From Patescibacteria group bacterium (lineage in GTDB: Bacteria; Patescibacteriota; Saccharimonadia; UBA4664): DNA of 64,000 bases. The notes below the pieces were generated by a model, which had not been told where the DNA came from, ran no database searches, and saw nothing but the letters and a program-made list of their open reading frames with translations. Location of the stretch: contig JAQGHG010000026.1 of the NCBI GenBank assembly GCA_028288925.1, forward strand, positions 22,013 to 86,012, in the 5' to 3' direction. This document shows, in pieces, positions 57,301-64,000 of the stretch; within the stretch, counting starts at the first letter, position 1; each line of letters starts with the position of its first letter. The position numbers and the translations under genes are program-made.

Positions 57301-57434
57301 AGCGAAGTACCTTTGAAGCAATTATAACATTTCCAAAAGAGTGGCAATTATCGCGTCGTCCATGCCACAATATGCACTCAAATATGCACTCAAGAAATAG
57401 ATCATAGAGAACCAACTTACGCTAAAATGAGCTC

Positions 57435-58217
57435 ATGGATGAGCTACATCAAAAAGCTAGACAATACCGAATTAATGTTTATAAACGAGATGGAAGTATC
57501 GGTATTAATCATGATCAAACCCAAAACCAAATAATTGTCGGTAGCCAATTATCAAGTTTTTCTACAAACCAACTACAAGAAATTAGTTATGTTCTATCTC
57601 ACGTTGCAAAAAATCCAGGCATGAATGCGATTATTGAAAATGACCATTTTGAATTTTGGGCCTTTATAAATCAGTTGATCCGCACCAGAAGATCTGATTT
57701 TTGGGTAAAAGAGCACAATCCTTTCTTCATTCTTATAAATGCAGACATCGCAACTCGATCGCAGCCCCGGTATAACGATCAGGAAAGCTGCCAACACAGA
57801 AATGATCTTTTAAGTTCGCTGTCCTATCATCCATTTTTCCCCGCAGTATGGGCTGGATTCGCATATCTAGAAGGCCTGTGTCGAAGGCTCTGCGGGGAAT
57901 ATGTGGCCACCGATGGAAAGATCAAAAAAGCTTTTCGAGTAAATGGTCAGCAGTATCGGACGCAAGTGGGCCATCGAAGGGCATCTGGAAAATACAAGGG
58001 GAAAACAAGCATTAGTAGCCTTAAGGATATGCTCACGCTCACTCGAAGAGTAGTGTCTCGAGATGGCCAGCGAATATTAACAAAATTCTTCAAAGACTAT
58101 TCAGCGTCAACTTTATTCAATTGGAGAAATGAGTGCTTGCACGGCTCAGAAGACCGAATAACGGTTATCATTGCTCAGTATTGCTTAATATCTATGCTGC
58201 TACTCGAGTGCCCGTAG
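57435..58217 (+). CDS. Hypothetical protein (low GC; possible HEPN-like RNECLH)
   Basis: 260-aa ORF, AT-rich; LEGLCR and WRNECLHG (RX4H). Confidence 0.6.
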   Translation: MDELHQKARQYRINVYKRDGSIGINHDQTQNQIIVGSQLSSFSTNQLQEISYVLSHVAKNPGMNAIIENDHFEFWAFINQLIRTRRSDFWVKEHNPFFILINADIATRSQPRYNDQESCQHRNDLLSSLSYHPFFPAVWAGFAYLEGLCRRLCGEYVATDGKIKKAFRVNGQQYRTQVGHRRASGKYKGKTSISSLKDMLTLTRRVVSRDGQRILTKFFKDYSASTLFNWRNECLHGSEDRITVIIAQYCLISMLLLECP

Positions 58218-58228
58218 GGAGTACCAGT

Positions 58229-58660
58229 TTAAATCTCTATGTTTTGCTTTATGGCGCCGAGAAGTTCATGTATCGGCTTCCCATATTGTTGATCAGCTAA
58301 TTCCTGTAACTGATTGATCGCTTCCTTCTTCCAGCCATCAAGTTCTTCGGAAGGAATGCCTACTGGGTATTTAGTCTTAACGGTTTTAAAGTTGTAAATT
58401 TTGTCTATTAGTTTTTGGACCTGTTTATCCTTCTTAAATAAAAGGGACAGAGAGCCCAAGGTGCCAAATAGTTCTTGAAGCTGTTTAGTTACCTGGTCGG
58501 CATAATCCTCGCTTTTTAGCATCCATCGCCGTAATTCCTCAAGGTTAAGAGAGTCTTTGGGCTGACCTTCCCCCTCCCACAATGCTTGATGATAGTCAGA
58601 GCTAATCATGGCTTCAAAACGAAAGACAATTAGCTGTCTAAGAATAATTCTGACACCCAT
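58229..58660 (-). CDS. Hypothetical protein (low GC; frame extends upstream through a TM helix)
   Basis: 143-aa ORF; frame stays open upstream without a canonical start. Confidence 0.5.
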   Translation of the reverse strand: MGVRIILRQLIVFRFEAMISSDYHQALWEGEGQPKDSLNLEELRRWMLKSEDYADQVTKQLQELFGTLGSLSLLFKKDKQVQKLIDKIYNFKTVKTKYPVGIPSEELDGWKKEAINQLQELADQQYGKPIHELLGAIKQNIEI

Positions 58661-58808
58661 TAGCTCTCTATATGAGGCGAGGACGTCATTTCTAAAATTT
58701 TGCTTACGAGTAAATTGATAGTTAAAATAACTCGTTAGCCAAGCCGTAAGAGCACCAATCAGAAACGTAATTATTAGCGGAATAGATTGCGCAAGGGAGG
58801 CCTTTATC

Positions 58809-59228
58809 TTACGGCCTCTCGTGCCTATGCGTCCGTCTCATCCGCGCCACGCCCAAGCGCACCTCGGACCGGTCGATCATCATCTGGGCTTTGGCCAGCT
58901 CGGTCTTGTCTTTGGCCTTGTCGCGCATGTCCTTGGCGTGGGCCAGGGCGGCTTCGATTTCTTCGGCCACTAGGTCGCTCTCGTGGTCGGCTTCGTCGGC
59001 CAGGAGGCGCACGTAGTCGGCCGTCACTTCCAGGAGGCCGCCGTAGGTCGCGAAGACCTCAGGCTTGTTTTTGCCGACCGTGATCGTGACGGCGCCGGCC
59101 ACCACCTGCGCCACCAGCGGCTCGTGATGGGGCAAGATGCCCATCTGGCCGTTGGTGGTGGTCAGCTGCACTTCGTCGGCTTCGCCCTGCCACTTGGCGC
59201 CCGTTAATGTGAGTAATTCAAAATTCAT
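58809..59228 (-). CDS. atpC: ATP synthase F1 epsilon subunit
   Basis: GQMGILPHHEPL, GGLLEV, C-terminal helical hairpin. Confidence 0.93.
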   Translation of the reverse strand: MNFELLTLTGAKWQGEADEVQLTTTNGQMGILPHHEPLVAQVVAGAVTITVGKNKPEVFATYGGLLEVTADYVRLLADEADHESDLVAEEIEAALAHAKDMRDKAKDKTELAKAQMMIDRSEVRLGVARMRRTHRHERP

Positions 59229-59725
59229 GACGGAATTTCCTTGTTTGAAAAGTAAACCTTCTTAAAAGGAAAATTATCCTTTAACCAAATCTGAAGTGCT
59301 GCATAAAGCTTAACGTACAAGCCGTTATTGTAAGCCTCTTGGCTGACCCACCAACTCGCATCCACATCATACTCCAGCACCGCCTCCGACAATTCCGTGC
59401 GATGGCCCAGGGGATAGAGATAGAAGCAACCGACATAAGCCCTCTTGGTGTCGTAAACAACATAGGCGAACGAAGAGGCGTCCCTAAACTCGCGCTCATG
59501 CCAAGCCAAATCGAGAAAATCAAAGTCTTCCGTAAGCTCTTCGCTAGGCCAAGAACCACCGCGCGTCTGCTGAATGATCGCGATACTTGAATTGACCGCT
59601 GCTAAATCGGGCTTTAAATCGGCCCTCGTTAACGGACGAGCAACAAATCCATCGGCCGTTAGCTCGCTCGGAGCAGCAAAGCCTTCGGGCAGATGAAATT
59701 TCTTGGCGTAGTCTCGATAATCCAT
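59225..59725 (-). CDS. GNAT-like protein inserted in the atp operon
   Basis: RPL..D...AV.SS, DL..HE.EF..FAY.V..GC.Y.YP, WW, W...FPF. Confidence 0.7.
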   Translation of the reverse strand: MDYRDYAKKFHLPEGFAAPSELTADGFVARPLTRADLKPDLAAVNSSIAIIQQTRGGSWPSEELTEDFDFLDLAWHEREFRDASSFAYVVYDTKRAYVGCFYLYPLGHRTELSEAVLEYDVDASWWVSQEAYNNGLYVKLYAALQIWLKDNFPFKKVYFSNKEIPS

Positions 59726-59731
59726 GCTCTG

Positions 59732-62021
<2,290 letters not shown>

Positions 62022-62022
62022 G

Positions 62023-63560
<1,538 letters not shown>

Positions 63561-63564
<4 letters not shown>

Positions 63565-63944
63565 CTCGTTGCTCCTTCTATGTAATGAGCCAATTTGGTT
63601 CGGACCGAAGCGTCAAGCGCCTGCCCGGGGGTTTCAATAGTAATGCCGCCAATCATGCCGGGGTCTACGGCCGTCTCAAGCTCCAGCTCGCGGCCGCCGG
63701 TGGCTTCCTTGATGAAGCGCTCCACCTCGCGGCGGGCCTCGCCGGCCAGCGGCCGGGCGGTGGTGACGCGCGCGTGCACGTAGCCACGCGCACTCAGTAC
63801 CTGGGCGACGTCGCGGGCCAGGTAGCGCGCTTGCCGGCCTTGGCCCTTGGCAGCCAGCCAGGCCGCCGCCGAACGCACAGCGCCGGCGCGATCGTCGGTC
63901 AGACGGTCGGCCACGTAGGCCGCTACTTGCATCCGGCTCGCCAT
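63561..63944 (-). CDS. atpH: ATP synthase delta subunit (short form)
   Basis: VTTARPL, VDP.MIGG, LDASV; position before atpA. Confidence 0.88.
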
Positions 63945-63946
63945 GG

Positions 63947-64000
63947 TTACTTGGCCTCCAAGCTGCGGGCGATCAGCTCGCTATCGCGGCTCGAATCAAG
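63947..64000 (-). CDS. atpF: ATP synthase F0 subunit b, C-terminal end (partial)
   Basis: LDSSRDSELIARSLEAK* immediately upstream of atpH; call is positional. Confidence 0.65.
   Translation of the reverse strand, partial: LDSSRDSELIARSLEAK

Overview
Bacterial genomic window, standard genetic code, most consistent with a high-GC Patescibacteria (CPR), probably Saccharibacteria-like, chromosome. This assignment is inferred from a CPR-type pilin, a compact F1Fo operon with a short delta subunit and largely leaderless-looking genes. Left to right: (1) a phosphonate/lipid-modification cluster (pepM, phosphonopyruvate decarboxylase, two UbiA-like proteins, PEP-utilising phosphotransferase, GNAT, CDP-alcohol transferase, acyltransferase); (2) nucleotide housecleaning and accessory genes; (3) a dispersed flavinylation/electron-transfer island (two ApbE, ferric-reductase-FNR, FMN-bind protein, RnfD-like-FNR fusion) plus a decayed second FMN-bind/apbE operon that retains the same promoter architecture; (4) Ku-LigD, an ABC exporter, RNase H, an Ag85-like esterase, a FAD oxidase, repair genes and regulators; (5) an unusual nucleotide-processing locus: an NDT/Rcl-like sensor fused to an RHH domain, divergent across a perfect 16-bp inverted repeat from a Ppx/GppA-NDT fusion and guanylate kinase; (6) an HrpA-like helicase, Fic, a frameshifted methyltransferase and a Doc-type TA pair; (7) the distal atp operon with an extra gene between atpD and atpC. 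No rRNA, tRNA, CRISPR array or transposase was recognised. All calls come from motif recognition by eye; no searches were run.
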